Positions 48,815 to 59,375 are shown, counted from the stretch's first letter. The stretch: DNA of 64,000 bases from an uncultured Candidatus Rokubacteria bacterium (GCA_963762145.1 CAVXJS010000017.1:32001-96000); one strand, 5' to 3'. Notes: a model not told the origin generated them from the letters alone. Numbers and translations: made by a program.

Positions 48815-49953
48815 AGGTCGGGGTCGCCCTCAACATGCTCCAGAAGCCGGGGCTCTCGGACGCCGCGGTGTTCGCCGAGCACATGGCGCTGGGCGACCTC
48901 GCCGAGCCCCTGGGCTTCGACTCGCTCTTCGCCCTCGAGCACCACTTCACCGGCTACGCCATGTCGCCCTCTCCGATCCAGCTGCTCAGCTACTACGCGG
49001 GGCGCACGAAGCGCATCACGCTCGGCACCGCGGTCATCGTGCTGCCGTGGCACGATCCGATCCGGGTGGCCGAGCAGATCGCCCTCCTCGACGTGATGTC
49101 GGGGGGCCGCTGCCTGTTCGGGTTCGGGCGGGGCGCGGCGAGCGTCGAGTACGCGGGCTTCCGCATCCCGATGGAGGAGGCCCGGCCGCGGTTCGTGGAG
49201 GCGGCGAAGATCATCGTCACCGCGCTCACCCAGGACGCGTTCGAGTGGGAGGGCGAGTTCTTCCGGATCCCGCGCACCTCGATCCGCCCGCGTCCGATCT
49301 CGCATCCCGAGCGCCGCTTCTACGCGTCGTCGGTGAGCCCGGAGTCCGCCGAGATCATGGCGAAGCTCGGCTTCGGGATCCTCGTCATCATGCAGAACGA
49401 GTGGCCGAAGGCGGCCCAGGACATCCACCGATACCAGGAGCTGTCGCGGAGCGTCGGCCACGCGCCGCGCCCGCCGATCATCCTCACCAACGTCTCGGTG
49501 GCGGAGAGCCGGGCCGAGGCGCACGAGCGCGCGGGATGCTACCTCGCGCGCAAGTGGGACTCGATCGACACGCACTACCACTTCTCGGACGGCCACCTCG
49601 CGAACGTGAAGGGGTACGAGTTCTACGGCGGGATGGCGAAGACGTACTCGAAGATGAAGGACGAGAGCTACCGGAAGAAGGCGACCGAGTTCTACGTGAA
49701 GATCCAGGTGACCGGCACGCCGGACGACTGCATCCAGCAGGTCGCCGAGCTGCGCCGGCTCACCGGCCTCGATCATCTCGTCACCGAGTTCGGCTTCGGC
49801 GGCATGCCGCACGAGGAGGCCGAGCTCAACATGCGCCTCTTCGCGGATCGGGTGGTGCCCGTCCTGCAGCGGGACTCGGCGTTCACGCGCGCCGAGAGCC
49901 CGGTCGACGCCGGCGAGGTGTCATCGGGACCCGGCGTCTTCGCTCCCGCGTAG
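48811..49953 (+). CDS. LLM class flavin-dependent oxidoreductase
   Basis: GTG overlapping the amidohydrolase stop; LEHHFTGY, LGTAVIVLPWHDPIRVAEQ, GFGRG. Confidence 0.9.
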   Translation: MKVGVALNMLQKPGLSDAAVFAEHMALGDLAEPLGFDSLFALEHHFTGYAMSPSPIQLLSYYAGRTKRITLGTAVIVLPWHDPIRVAEQIALLDVMSGGRCLFGFGRGAASVEYAGFRIPMEEARPRFVEAAKIIVTALTQDAFEWEGEFFRIPRTSIRPRPISHPERRFYASSVSPESAEIMAKLGFGILVIMQNEWPKAAQDIHRYQELSRSVGHAPRPPIILTNVSVAESRAEAHERAGCYLARKWDSIDTHYHFSDGHLANVKGYEFYGGMAKTYSKMKDESYRKKATEFYVKIQVTGTPDDCIQQVAELRRLTGLDHLVTEFGFGGMPHEEAELNMRLFADRVVPVLQRDSAFTRAESPVDAGEVSSGPGVFAPA

Positions 49954-49974
49954 CTCCCTACCTGAGAGGCCGAC

Positions 49975-51692
49975 ATGACCTACGACCTGGTGATCCGCGG
50001 CGGCACCGTGGTCGATGGCTCCGGGCTCCCGCGCTACCGCGCCGACGTGGGCATCCGCGGGCGATCGCATCGCGCGCATCGGCACCATCCACGCGCGGGG
50101 GCGCGAGGAGGTCGACGCGCGCCACCAGGTCGTCGCGCCCGGCTTCATCGACGGCCACACCCACATGGACGCGCAGGTGGCGTGGGATCCGCTCGGCACG
50201 TGCTCGTGCTGGCACGGGGTGACCAGCGTCGTCATGGGCAACTGCGGCTTCACGCTGGCGCCCTGCCGGCCCGACGAGCGGCACCTGGTCGTGCGCAACC
50301 TCGAGCGCGCCGAGGACATCCCGGCCGAGGCGATGGAGGCGGGCATCGACTGGACGTGGGAGACGTACGCGCAGTACCTCGACGCCGTCGCGCGCTGGCC
50401 GAAGGGCATCAACTACGCGGGCTACGTCGGCCACTCGGCGCTGCGCACCTACGCCATGGGCGAGCGCGCGTTCTCCGAGCCGGCCACCGCCGCAGGACCT
50501 GGCGGTGATGAAGCGCGAGCTGGCGGACGCGCTGGCCGCGGGGGCGATGGGGTTCACGACCTCGCGCACCCGCAACCACGAGACGGCGGACCGGCGGCCG
50601 GTGGCCAGCCGCGTCGCCGAGTGGGGCGAGGTGCGCGAGCTGGTGCGGGTGATGGGCGACCTCGGCGCGCGGCATCTTCGAGATCGCCGGCGAGGACACG
50701 GGCCGCGACCCCGACCGCCAGCGCGACTACCTCGGCCGGCTGCGCGATCTGGCGGTGGAGACCGGCGTGCCGGTCACGTGGGGCATGTTCAGCTCGCGCT
50801 TCGCGCCGGACGCCTGGCGCGCGTACTTCGACCATGCTCGACGAGACCGCGCGCGCCGGCGGGCGCATGTTCGCCCAGGTGCACAGCCGCGCGCTCGCGG
50901 TGCGTGCTCTCGTTCGAGACGCGGCTGCCCTTCGACCGCCTGCCCGAGTGGCGCGAGCTGCGCCGGCGCCCGCTCGACGAGCAGCGCGCTGCTCCTGCGC
51001 GACGCCGACGTGCGCCGGCGGCTGGTGAAGGCGGCCGCCGAGGCGGAGTACGGCCGCGTCGTCGGCGCCGAGGCCCGGAAGCCCGACTACGAGTGGATCG
51101 ATGCTCATGGAGGATCCGTGCGGACCGCACCGGTCGATCGCCGAGATCGCGCGCGAGCGCGGCGTGGATCCGGTGGAGGCCATGATCGAGCTCGCGCTGG
51201 AGCGCGACCTCAAGGCGTTCTTCGTCCAGCCGCTGTTCAACGAGAACCTCGACCACGTGCTGGAGATGATGAAGCACCCGCGCTCGGTGGTGACGTTCTC
51301 CGATTCCGGCGCGCACGTCTCCCAGATCATGGACTCGTCGCTGCAGACCCAGGTGCTCGCCTACTGGGTGCGCCGCCGCCAGGCGCTCACCCTCGAGGAG
51401 GGCGGTGCGGATGCTGAGCCTCGAGCCGGCGTCGGCGTGGGGCCTCCACGAGCGCGGGCTGCTGCGCGAGGGGCTGGCCGCCGACGTGATCGTCTTCGAT
51501 CCCGACCGCGTGGCCCCCGACATGCCCGAGGTGGTGAACGACCTGCCCGCCGGCGCCCGGCGCCTGCGCCAGAAGGCCACCGGCTTCCACGCCTCGATCG
51601 TCAACGGCCAGGTGGTGCTGCGCGACGGGGAGCACACGGGCGCGTTCCCCGGCCGCGTCCTCCGCGGGCCCCTCGCCGGGGCAGGCCGCTGA
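49975..51692 (+). CDS. N-acyl-D-amino-acid deacylase family amidohydrolase (about 8 frameshifts)
   Basis: DLVIRGGTVVDGSG, PGFIDGHTHMD, GNCGF, SDSGAHV, ADVIVFDP and VNG pieces spread across frames. Confidence 0.85.
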
Positions 51693-51705
51693 GTCGACGC
51701 GGCGC

Positions 51706-52173
51706 ATGATTCCCGATCGGGTAGTGGAGGCCTTCGAGGGCCCGGCCTATGTCCAGATCGGGAGCCGGGACGAAGCACTCCGACCCAAGCACACGATGGC
51801 GGTCGGCGCCATGGTCCACCCCGATCGGCAGACGGTGACCGTGTTCGTCCCGGCCGCGCGCTCCGAGCGGGTGCTGCGCGACCTGACGCGGAACGGTCGG
51901 ATCGCGGTCAACGCCGGGCTCGCCAGCCACGAGGCCTATCAGCTCAAGGGGACGTACATCTCGTCGCGGCCCACCGACGACGCCGACCGGGCCCGCCAGG
52001 AGGTCTACCGCGCTGCGCTGCTGCAGTCCGCCCTCGAGGCCGGGTATCCGGAGGGCCTGGCGCGAAGCTTCTGCCTGGGCTACGCCTATGCGCCGGGCGT
52101 GGCGATCACCTTTCGCGCGGAGGAAGTGTTCCTGCAGACGCCCGGCCCCGGCGCCGGCACCCGCCTCTCCTGA
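51706..52173 (+). CDS. Pyridoxamine 5'-phosphate oxidase-like (split-barrel) protein
   Basis: GSRDEALRP, NGRIAV, SHEAYQLKG, VFLQTPGPGAG. Confidence 0.75.
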   Translation: MIPDRVVEAFEGPAYVQIGSRDEALRPKHTMAVGAMVHPDRQTVTVFVPAARSERVLRDLTRNGRIAVNAGLASHEAYQLKGTYISSRPTDDADRARQEVYRAALLQSALEAGYPEGLARSFCLGYAYAPGVAITFRAEEVFLQTPGPGAGTRLS

Positions 52174-52190
52174 GAGGAGCGCCGCGCCCC

Positions 52191-52625
52191 GTGGGGATCC
52201 TTCCGGACGAGATCAAGGCGGCGATGCAGGGGGTGATCCCCTCGCACGTCGTGACGTGCTCGCGTGACGGCACCCCGAACGCGAGCGTCATCTCGCAGGT
52301 CTACTACGTGGACCCCGATCACGTGGCGCTCTCCCACCAGTTCTTCAACAAGACCAAGCGCAACATCGAGGAGAACCCGCGGGCGGCGGTCTCGCTGATC
52401 AGTCCCGAGACCTTCGACTCGTGGGACCTCGACCTGGAGTTCGTGCGATCCGAGACCAGCGGGCCGGTCTTCGAGGTCATGGAGATGCAGATCGAGGCCA
52501 TCGCCTCCATGGTGGGGATGAAGGGGATCTTCAAGCTGCGCGCGGCCGACATCTTCCGGGTCGCCGCCGTGACGAAGACGGTCGGCGAGCGGATCCCGCC
52601 CGCGGAGATCCCCGCGCCCCGCTGA
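52191..52625 (+). CDS. Pyridoxamine 5'-phosphate oxidase family FMN-binding protein
   Basis: QGVIPS.VVTCSRDGTPN, ALSHQFFNKTKRNIEENP, GMKGIFKLRAADIFRV. Confidence 0.82.
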   Translation: MGILPDEIKAAMQGVIPSHVVTCSRDGTPNASVISQVYYVDPDHVALSHQFFNKTKRNIEENPRAAVSLISPETFDSWDLDLEFVRSETSGPVFEVMEMQIEAIASMVGMKGIFKLRAADIFRVAAVTKTVGERIPPAEIPAPR

Positions 52626-52640
52626 GGCGGCGGGACCAGA

Positions 52641-53972
52641 GTGGCCACCGACCCTCGCGATACGTCGGATCTCCGAGAGCAGATCGCCCAGAACCAGCAG
52701 GCGATCGATCGGCTCAACCGCGACCTCGCCCGGCGGTCCGACGAGATCCGGATCATCCAGCAGATCTCCTCCGAGATCACCTCCACGCTGAACCTCGACG
52801 AGGTGCTCGGGATCGTCCTGCGGGCCATGGACACCGTGCTGGGCTTCGCGCACTCGATGATCCTCCTCAAGGACCTGGGCGACGACCTCCTGCGGGTCGC
52901 GGCGACCCGCGGCTACGGGGACCAGCCCGCCGGCGCGCCGGTGCGCCTGGGAGAAGGCGTCATCGGCGTCGTCGGCGAGCGCCGGCGGATGATGCGGATG
53001 GGCAACATCGGCGCCAGCATGCGCTATGTCAAGGGCGTGCGGGCGCGGATGGAAGCGTCCGGCGAGGTCGCCCCGTCCGAGGCCCCCACCGCGGTCTTGC
53101 CCGGCCTGGCGGACGCGCAGAGTCAGCTCGCCCTGCCGCTGACCGTCAAGGACCGGCTGGTCGGGGTGCTGGCGGTGGAGAGCCGCACCCCGAACGCCTT
53201 CGACGAGCTGGACGAGGTGCTGCTGCGCATCGTCGGCAACCAGGCGGCGACCGCGATCGACAACGCCCGCACCTATCAGATGGTGGACCAGCTCGGCCGC
53301 CTGAAGCGCTTCTTCTCGCCTCAGCTCGCCGACCTGATCATCCGGGGCGGGGCCGACGATCCCTTGAAGACGCACCGCCGCGAGATCACCGTCGTCTTCC
53401 TCGACCTCCGCGGCTTCACCGCCTTCGCGGAGACCTCGGAGCCCGAGGAGCTGATGGGGGTGCTGCACGAGTACCATGCCGAGATGGGGCGGCTGATCCT
53501 CGCGCACGAGGGCACGCTGGAGCGGTTCACCGGCGACGGGATGATGGTCTTCTTCAACGATCCGCTCCCGATGCCGGACGCCGCGGAGCGCGCGGTGCGG
53601 ATGGCGGTGGCGATGCGGGACCGGGCCGCCGAGCTGAGCGTCGGCTGGCGCCGCAAGGGGTACGAGCTGGATCTGGGCATCGGGATCGCCAAGGGCTTCG
53701 CCACGATCGGGGCCATCGGGTTCGAGGGCCGCTGGGACTACGGCGCCATCGGCACCGTGACGAACCTGGCCGCGCGCCTTTGCGCGGAGGCCAAGCCCGG
53801 GCAGATCCTGATCGCGCCCCGGGTGCTCCTGGAGATCGAGGCCCTCCTGGAGGTCGAGGAGCTGGGGCTCCTCACGGTGAAGGGCCTGGCGAGGCCGGTC
53901 AAGCCCCTGAACGTCGTGCGGCTCCGGGACGCGGCCAACAAGTTTGCTGCGCAGGACCCGGCCACGGGGTAG
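52641..53972 (+). CDS. GAF domain class III adenylate cyclase
   Basis: Coiled coil + GAF (LGEGVIGVV, LVGVLAVES), VFLDLRGFT, FTGDG, GTVTNLAARLC. Confidence 0.9.
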   Translation: MATDPRDTSDLREQIAQNQQAIDRLNRDLARRSDEIRIIQQISSEITSTLNLDEVLGIVLRAMDTVLGFAHSMILLKDLGDDLLRVAATRGYGDQPAGAPVRLGEGVIGVVGERRRMMRMGNIGASMRYVKGVRARMEASGEVAPSEAPTAVLPGLADAQSQLALPLTVKDRLVGVLAVESRTPNAFDELDEVLLRIVGNQAATAIDNARTYQMVDQLGRLKRFFSPQLADLIIRGGADDPLKTHRREITVVFLDLRGFTAFAETSEPEELMGVLHEYHAEMGRLILAHEGTLERFTGDGMMVFFNDPLPMPDAAERAVRMAVAMRDRAAELSVGWRRKGYELDLGIGIAKGFATIGAIGFEGRWDYGAIGTVTNLAARLCAEAKPGQILIAPRVLLEIEALLEVEELGLLTVKGLARPVKPLNVVRLRDAANKFAAQDPATG

Positions 53973-54018
53973 GATTCAGCCGCCACGCCCCTCGAAACGG
54001 AACGAGAGGAGAGAGACC

Positions 54019-55485
54019 ATGCACAGGCCCGTGCGGTTTGCCGATGACATCGAGCCGCTGGTGCAGTTCATCGAGGAGACCGACCCGGGCCGGATCCTCG
54101 AGGCCACCCTGGCCAAGCTGCGGGACGGCCTGTCGGTCAAGAAGCTCCTGACCGCGTCGGCGCTCGCGGTCACTCGTTCCTCGGACCTGCCGCCCGGCCA
54201 CCACGGCGGGCCGCTGCACCCGCTCGTCGGGCTCCACGCGCTCCACCACACCGTCGAGCGGGTGTCGGGCGAGCAGCGATTCCTGCCGATCCTTCAGCAC
54301 GTCGCGCTGTCGAACAAGCACATCAATCACCCCGGCATGGGCCCGTACATCCTGGCGGATGCCGAGCCGGTGGACGTCGGGCGGCGTCGAGGCCACGAAG
54401 AAGGCGTTCTTCGCCGCGCGTGGATCGCGGCCTGTACAACGCGCGCGGATCACGCACTTCCTCTGGCTCTGGGACAACATCCCGCACGGCGAGGCGCTGG
54501 ACCTGCTGCTGACCGTGGCGATCCCGAAGAACATGCTCGACGATCACTACTTCATCTTCCCCATGTTCACGTGGCGCGCCCTCGACTGGCTGGGACGCGA
54601 GCACACGCCGTTCCTGATGCGTCCCGCCGTCCGCTACGTCAGCCGGTTCCCCACGCCGCCCGCGCTGCGGGACATCGAGCCGCTGCTCGACGAGTACGAG
54701 CTCCTGAAGCGTCCGCTCGGGTTCCACACGAGCCCGGATGAGACGCCGGCGATCGGTCGTCCTGGGCGAGGCGATCACCCGGTGCGACGCCTATGCCGAG
54801 ATCCCGAGGATGCTCGCGAAGGCCCTCGCGGACGGTCTGTCGCTCCAGGGCACCGGCGAAGCCTTGTCGATCGGGGCCGCCGGCCTGTTCATGCGGTCGC
54901 TCACCGGCAATCCGATGGACGTGCACCTGCACACGGGCGTGAACCTGCGCCGGTATCTCCTGAAGCTGGAAGGGGTGAGCCTGCGGAACAAGCTGCTGGC
55001 GCTGCTGACGTGGCACACCGGTCCCGAGGTGCGCTCGACGCAGAACCGCATGGAGCCGCCGCCCCAGCCGGATCCGGCGGCGGTCGCGGCGCTGCCCCAT
55101 CGCACCCAGGCCGCGCTGCTGGATGCGCTCGCGGAGAGCATCTACACGCAGCCGCCGACCGACTGGTCGAAGGTCACCAATCTCGGGCTGATGCGCGCGG
55201 TGCCCGAGGTGAAGAACACCGTGAACCTCGCGCAGCAGTACGCCGACCTCGGGTACGACCCGGATGCGCTCATCAGCCGTCTGGCCGACGATCGTCGTGC
55301 ACGACAACTTCACCGAGATGCACGCCTTCAAGCACCATCAGGCGACCATCGAGGAGTTCCACGCCACCCGGCTTCCGTGGCGCTGGCGCCACCTCGTGAG
55401 CGCGGCGCAGGCGTCGGCCATCTCCTACGGCAAGAACATGGAGATCTACGAGGAGGCGGTCGAGCTCCTCCACGCGCAGAGCTAG
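54019..55485 (+). CDS. Hypothetical helical-repeat His-rich protein (about 4 frameshifts)
   Basis: Coding segments stitched across frames: GHHGGPLHP..LHA, LDDHYF, MDVHLHT, EMHAFKH; GAGGAG RBS. Confidence 0.65.
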
Positions 55486-55510
55486 AGGAGGGGCCCGAGG
55501 GGCCCGCGTC

Positions 55511-55867
55511 TCAAAGGCGCGTGACGTTCGCCGCCACGCACATCCAGCCGGCCCCGCGTCGCGCCCACACGTCCGTGTAGCGTCCGGCACCGGGCTGGCC
55601 GTCCGCCTTGGTGTACGTGGTGCGGGCGTGGATCAGCGCCACGTCGCCCAGCACGCGGATGAGCACGTCCTCGATGTCGAGGTTCTTGACGGTCGACCCG
55701 CGCCCGATCTGGGCCAGGAAGCCCGCGCGGTCCAGTAGCGAGCAGTCGGGGTTGGTGTTGACGAAGTCCGCGGAGAGGTTCGCGTCGAACCACCGCACGT
55801 CCGCCTCGCTGACCGATCGGATGTACTCGCGATTGAGCGCCTCGAGCGTCGCCTGGTCGGTGGCCAT
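55511..55867 (-). CDS. DUF4440/NTF2-like protein
   Basis: LEALNREYI, LSADF, GDVALIHA, GRYTDVW. Confidence 0.88.
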   Translation of the reverse strand: MATDQATLEALNREYIRSVSEADVRWFDANLSADFVNTNPDCSLLDRAGFLAQIGRGSTVKNLDIEDVLIRVLGDVALIHARTTYTKADGQPGAGRYTDVWARRGAGWMCVAANVTRL

Positions 55868-55869
55868 GG

Positions 55870-56235
55870 TCAGCACCTCGTGAAGTGGGCGGACACGCAG
55901 AGCCAGCGCCCGTTCCGCCGCTGCCAGATGTCGGTGTAGCGTCCCCGGCCGTGGCTGCCGTCGGGCCGCGTGTCCTCGAAGCTCGCGTGGATCAGGGCCA
56001 CGTCGCCCACGCGCTGGACCGAGACCTCGGGCGCCCGGAATCGCGTGACGTTATGGGGCCGCCCGATGCGGGCCAGGAAGCCCGCCTTGTCCACGAAGGA
56101 GCCGTCGGGGTTGGTGGCGCGGTAGTCGTCGGCCAGGTGCTCCGCGTACCAGGCCACGTCGGACTTCTCCGCCGCGAGCAGATATCCCCGGTTCAAGGCC
56201 TCGAGGGTCCCGAGATCGTCCGCGTTGCTCGCCAT
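55870..56235 (-). CDS. DUF4440/NTF2-like protein (tandem paralog)
   Basis: LEALNRGYL, LADDY, GDVALIHA, GRYTDIWQRRNGRWLCVSAH; AAGGAGG RBS. Confidence 0.88.
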   Translation of the reverse strand: MASNADDLGTLEALNRGYLLAAEKSDVAWYAEHLADDYRATNPDGSFVDKAGFLARIGRPHNVTRFRAPEVSVQRVGDVALIHASFEDTRPDGSHGRGRYTDIWQRRNGRWLCVSAHFTRC

Positions 56236-56358
56236 GGTCATTTCCTCCTTCCATCGTCGTTCGAGCACGGCTATCCTAGGCCCGATGCTGGCACCTAGGA
56301 AGAGCCAGTTTTCGAAGGATCGAAGGGGCCAGATCGGCCGGCCCCCCGGCGCGGCGCC

Positions 56359-57813
56359 GTGCTGCTGAGCCTGCGGGACGCGACCGGGCCACTCTATCGC
56401 CGCGTCTACCTGGCGCTCAAGGCCAAGATCCGGGCCGGCGGTCTGGGCCCGGCCACGCGGGTTCCTTCCACGCGGGCGCTGGCGCGGGACCTCGGCGTGT
56501 CGCGTAACACCGTGATGCTGGCGTACGAGCAGCTCGCCGCGGAGGGCTACCTGGTGAGCCGGCACCGCGGCGCCACCTCGGTGGCGGGCGTGGCGCCGCC
56601 GCGCCCGGCCCCGCCGCCCGCTCGCCCCCCGGCGGAGCGTCCCGCGCCGATCTCCGCCTACGCGCGGCGTCTGACCGCGCGTCTCGACCTCGCGCCCTCC
56701 GGCCGGCCCGGCCCCCGCGCCGCGCTCCGCTACGATTTCCGCTACGGCCGGCCCGCGGTGGACGAGTTTCCCCGCGAGATCTGGCGCCGGCTCCTCGCCG
56801 CGCATGCCCGCCGCGCCTCCTCCGACGCGCTCGGCTACGGCTCGCCCGCCGGCCACGGCCCGCTGCGCGTGGCGCTCGGCGAGTACCTCGGGCGGGCGCG
56901 CGGAGTGGTGAGCGACCCGGATCGCATAGTCGTCGTGAACGGGACGCAGCAGGCGCTGGACCTGATCGCGCGCGTGCTGCTCGATCCCGGTGACGGCGCG
57001 GTGGTGGAGGAGCCGCACTACCCCGGCGCCACCATTCCCTTCGAGGCGGTGGGCGCCCGTCTCCTGCGCGTGCCGGTGGACGGGGCCGGGCTCGATCCGG
57101 CCCGGCTGCCGCCCGCCGCGGAGCACCCGCGGCTGGCCTACGTGACGCCCTGTCATCAGTTCCCCAGCGGCGTCATCATGCCGGTCGAGCGGCGCCTGGC
57201 CCTGCTCCAGTGGGCGTCCCGCGTCGGCGCCTGGGTCGTCGAGGACGACTACGTGAGCGAGTTCCGCTACGAGGGGCGTCCGCTGGAGGCGCTCCAGTCG
57301 CTGGACCGCGACGAGCGGGCGATCTACCTGGGGTCCTTCTCGAAGACCCTGTTCCCCGCGCTGCGCGTGGGCTATCTCGTGCTGCCGCGCGCGCTGGTGC
57401 GCCCCTTCCTTGCCGCCAAGTGGGCGGCGGATCGCTTCTCCGCCCCGCTCTACCAGGAGGCGCTGGCCGAGCTCATCACCAGCGGCCAGTTCGAGCGCTA
57501 TCTCCGCCGCGCGGGCGCGCGGAACGCGGGCCGCCGGCGGGCCCTCATCACGGCGCTGCGGGAGTCCTTCGGCGGCCGCGTGGAGGTCGCGGGCGAGAAC
57601 ACCGGCGTGCACCTGGTGGTCTGGCTGAACGACGTGCGCTCGCGGGACCTGGACGCCCTCATCGCGCGGGCGGCCCGGGCCGGCGTGGGGATCTACCCGG
57701 TGGCGCCGTACTACGCCGCGCCGCCGCGCCGCGCCGGCCTCCTCTTCGGCTACGCCGCGCTCACGGAAGGGGAGATCCGCGCGGGCGTGCGCCGGCTGGC
57801 CGAGCTGCTCTAG
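56359..57813 (+). CDS. MocR/PdxR family PLP-dependent transcriptional regulator
   Basis: GntR HTH PSTRALARDLGVSRNTV, YVTP.HQFPSG, EDDY, GSFSKTLFPALRVGY. Confidence 0.95.
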   Translation: MLLSLRDATGPLYRRVYLALKAKIRAGGLGPATRVPSTRALARDLGVSRNTVMLAYEQLAAEGYLVSRHRGATSVAGVAPPRPAPPPARPPAERPAPISAYARRLTARLDLAPSGRPGPRAALRYDFRYGRPAVDEFPREIWRRLLAAHARRASSDALGYGSPAGHGPLRVALGEYLGRARGVVSDPDRIVVVNGTQQALDLIARVLLDPGDGAVVEEPHYPGATIPFEAVGARLLRVPVDGAGLDPARLPPAAEHPRLAYVTPCHQFPSGVIMPVERRLALLQWASRVGAWVVEDDYVSEFRYEGRPLEALQSLDRDERAIYLGSFSKTLFPALRVGYLVLPRALVRPFLAAKWAADRFSAPLYQEALAELITSGQFERYLRRAGARNAGRRRALITALRESFGGRVEVAGENTGVHLVVWLNDVRSRDLDALIARAARAGVGIYPVAPYYAAPPRRAGLLFGYAALTEGEIRAGVRRLAELL

Positions 57814-57859
57814 GAGCCAGTGCGTCTTGGCGCCCAGTACGGCTCCGGCTGGCGGTAAG

Positions 57860-58558
57860 ATGCAGCGCATGACCGAGCTCGACGTGCTGGAAGCGATCCA
57901 TACCGCCCGCGCGGTGCGCCGATTCAGGCCGGATCCGGTGCCCGAGGCGCTGATCACCCGGATCCTCGACGCGGCCATCCGTGCGCCGTCGGCGGGGAAC
58001 GCGCAGAACTGGGCCTTCCTCGTCGTTCGCGACCCGGAGCAGCGGGGCAAGCTGGGCGCGATCTACCGGAAGGCGTCCGACATCGCGAGCGCGATGTACG
58101 CGGCCCGGGGCCGCCCGCCCCACCTGAGCGAAGAGCAGTTCGGCCGCCTGATGTCCTCGGGCTCGTTCCTGTGGGACCACATGGCCGACGCCCCCGTGAT
58201 CCTGGTCCCCTGCCAGGCCCAGCCGAAGCTGCCCGCGCCGGAGGCGCTGCCGGCCGACGTGCGCGCGCGCTACGCCGAGGAGCAGCGCTACGTGGAGCGC
58301 ATTCGCGGGGCCAGCATCTATCCCGCCGTGCAGAACATCATCCTCGCGTGTCGGGCCTTCGGGCTCGGGACGACGATCACCACGAACCACATCCGCTGCG
58401 AGGACGAGATGAAGGAAGTCCTGGGGGTGCCCTCCGATGTCCACACGTTCGCGCTGATGCCGATCGGTTACCCGCTCGACAAGTTCGGCCCGATGGCTCG
58501 GCGACCGGTCGGCGAGGTCGCCCACGCCGACCGCTGGGGGCGCCCGTGGCCCGCGTGA
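57860..58558 (+). CDS. Nitroreductase family protein
   Basis: RAVRRF, APSAGNAQNW, SIYPAVQNIILACRAFGLG, PIGYP. Confidence 0.92.
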   Translation: MQRMTELDVLEAIHTARAVRRFRPDPVPEALITRILDAAIRAPSAGNAQNWAFLVVRDPEQRGKLGAIYRKASDIASAMYAARGRPPHLSEEQFGRLMSSGSFLWDHMADAPVILVPCQAQPKLPAPEALPADVRARYAEEQRYVERIRGASIYPAVQNIILACRAFGLGTTITTNHIRCEDEMKEVLGVPSDVHTFALMPIGYPLDKFGPMARRPVGEVAHADRWGRPWPA

Positions 58559-58941
58559 CCGGGACCGGTGCGAACGTGACCATACGATTGATTCGGTGTG
58601 TGGCGCTGGCGGGCCTGCTGCTCTCGTCTCCCGCCGCGGGCCAGGCCCAGGACGCAGCGACCACGTCCCTGCGAGTCCGGTGGGACGTGGATCAGCCGGT
58701 CGCCGGCCTCCTGACGGTCTGCGGGCGCGTGTTCAACGACCGACCCATGACCGCCGTCGGCGTTCGAGTGCGGGCCGAGGGCCTCGATCAGAGTGGCGCC
58801 GTGGTGAGTCAGCGCGAGGGGCAGGTGCTCGGCCAGATCTCGTCTGGCAGTGCCGGGCTCTTTTGCATCACCATGGCCGCAGGTCCGGCGACGTTCCGCG
58901 TCACCGTGATCAGCGCCGGCTGGACCAGCGACGGCTCCTGA
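58555..58941 (+). CDS. Hypothetical secreted Ig-like protein
   Basis: Signal peptide (CVALAGLLLSSPAAGQA), GRVFND, beta-rich; GTGA overlap. Confidence 0.6.
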   Translation: MTGTGANVTIRLIRCVALAGLLLSSPAAGQAQDAATTSLRVRWDVDQPVAGLLTVCGRVFNDRPMTAVGVRVRAEGLDQSGAVVSQREGQVLGQISSGSAGLFCITMAAGPATFRVTVISAGWTSDGS

Positions 58942-58988
58942 GCCGCAGTTCACGCGGCCAACGGTCGACCAGAACCAGGAGGCAATGA

Positions 58989-59375
58989 ATGGCACGCACC
59001 GCGATCCAACCCAGCGACATGGCGGATCCTCGGCCCCGCTACACCCATGGCTGGCGCGTCGGCAACACGGTCTACGTCGCCGGTCAGCTCGCGCTCGACA
59101 AGGACGGCAAGCTCGTCGGGCCGAACGATATTCGCGCCCAGACCCGACGCGTCCTGGAGAACATGCGCCGCGTCCTCGAGGGCGGTAAGGCGAGCCTCGC
59201 GGACGTGGTGAAGGTGACCGTGTTCGTGACGGACATCCGGTACCGGGAAAGCTACGGTGAGGTGCGTCAGGAGTTCTTCCCCGCCAACCCGCCGGCCAGC
59301 ACCCTGGTGCAGGTGGCCTGTCTCGCCATCCCCGGTGCGCTGATCGAGATCGAGGCGGTGGCCGTGATCGACTAG
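58989..59375 (+). CDS. RidA family protein
   Basis: VYVAGQ, VVKVTVFVTD, PASTLVQV, LIEIEAVA. Confidence 0.92.
   Translation: MARTAIQPSDMADPRPRYTHGWRVGNTVYVAGQLALDKDGKLVGPNDIRAQTRRVLENMRRVLEGGKASLADVVKVTVFVTDIRYRESYGEVRQEFFPANPPASTLVQVACLAIPGALIEIEAVAVID

Noticed and set aside
47665-49953. Apparent 762-aa amidohydrolase-LLM fusion
   Set aside because: Artefact of frameshifts; the amidohydrolase ends at TGA 48814, overlapping the LLM GTG start.
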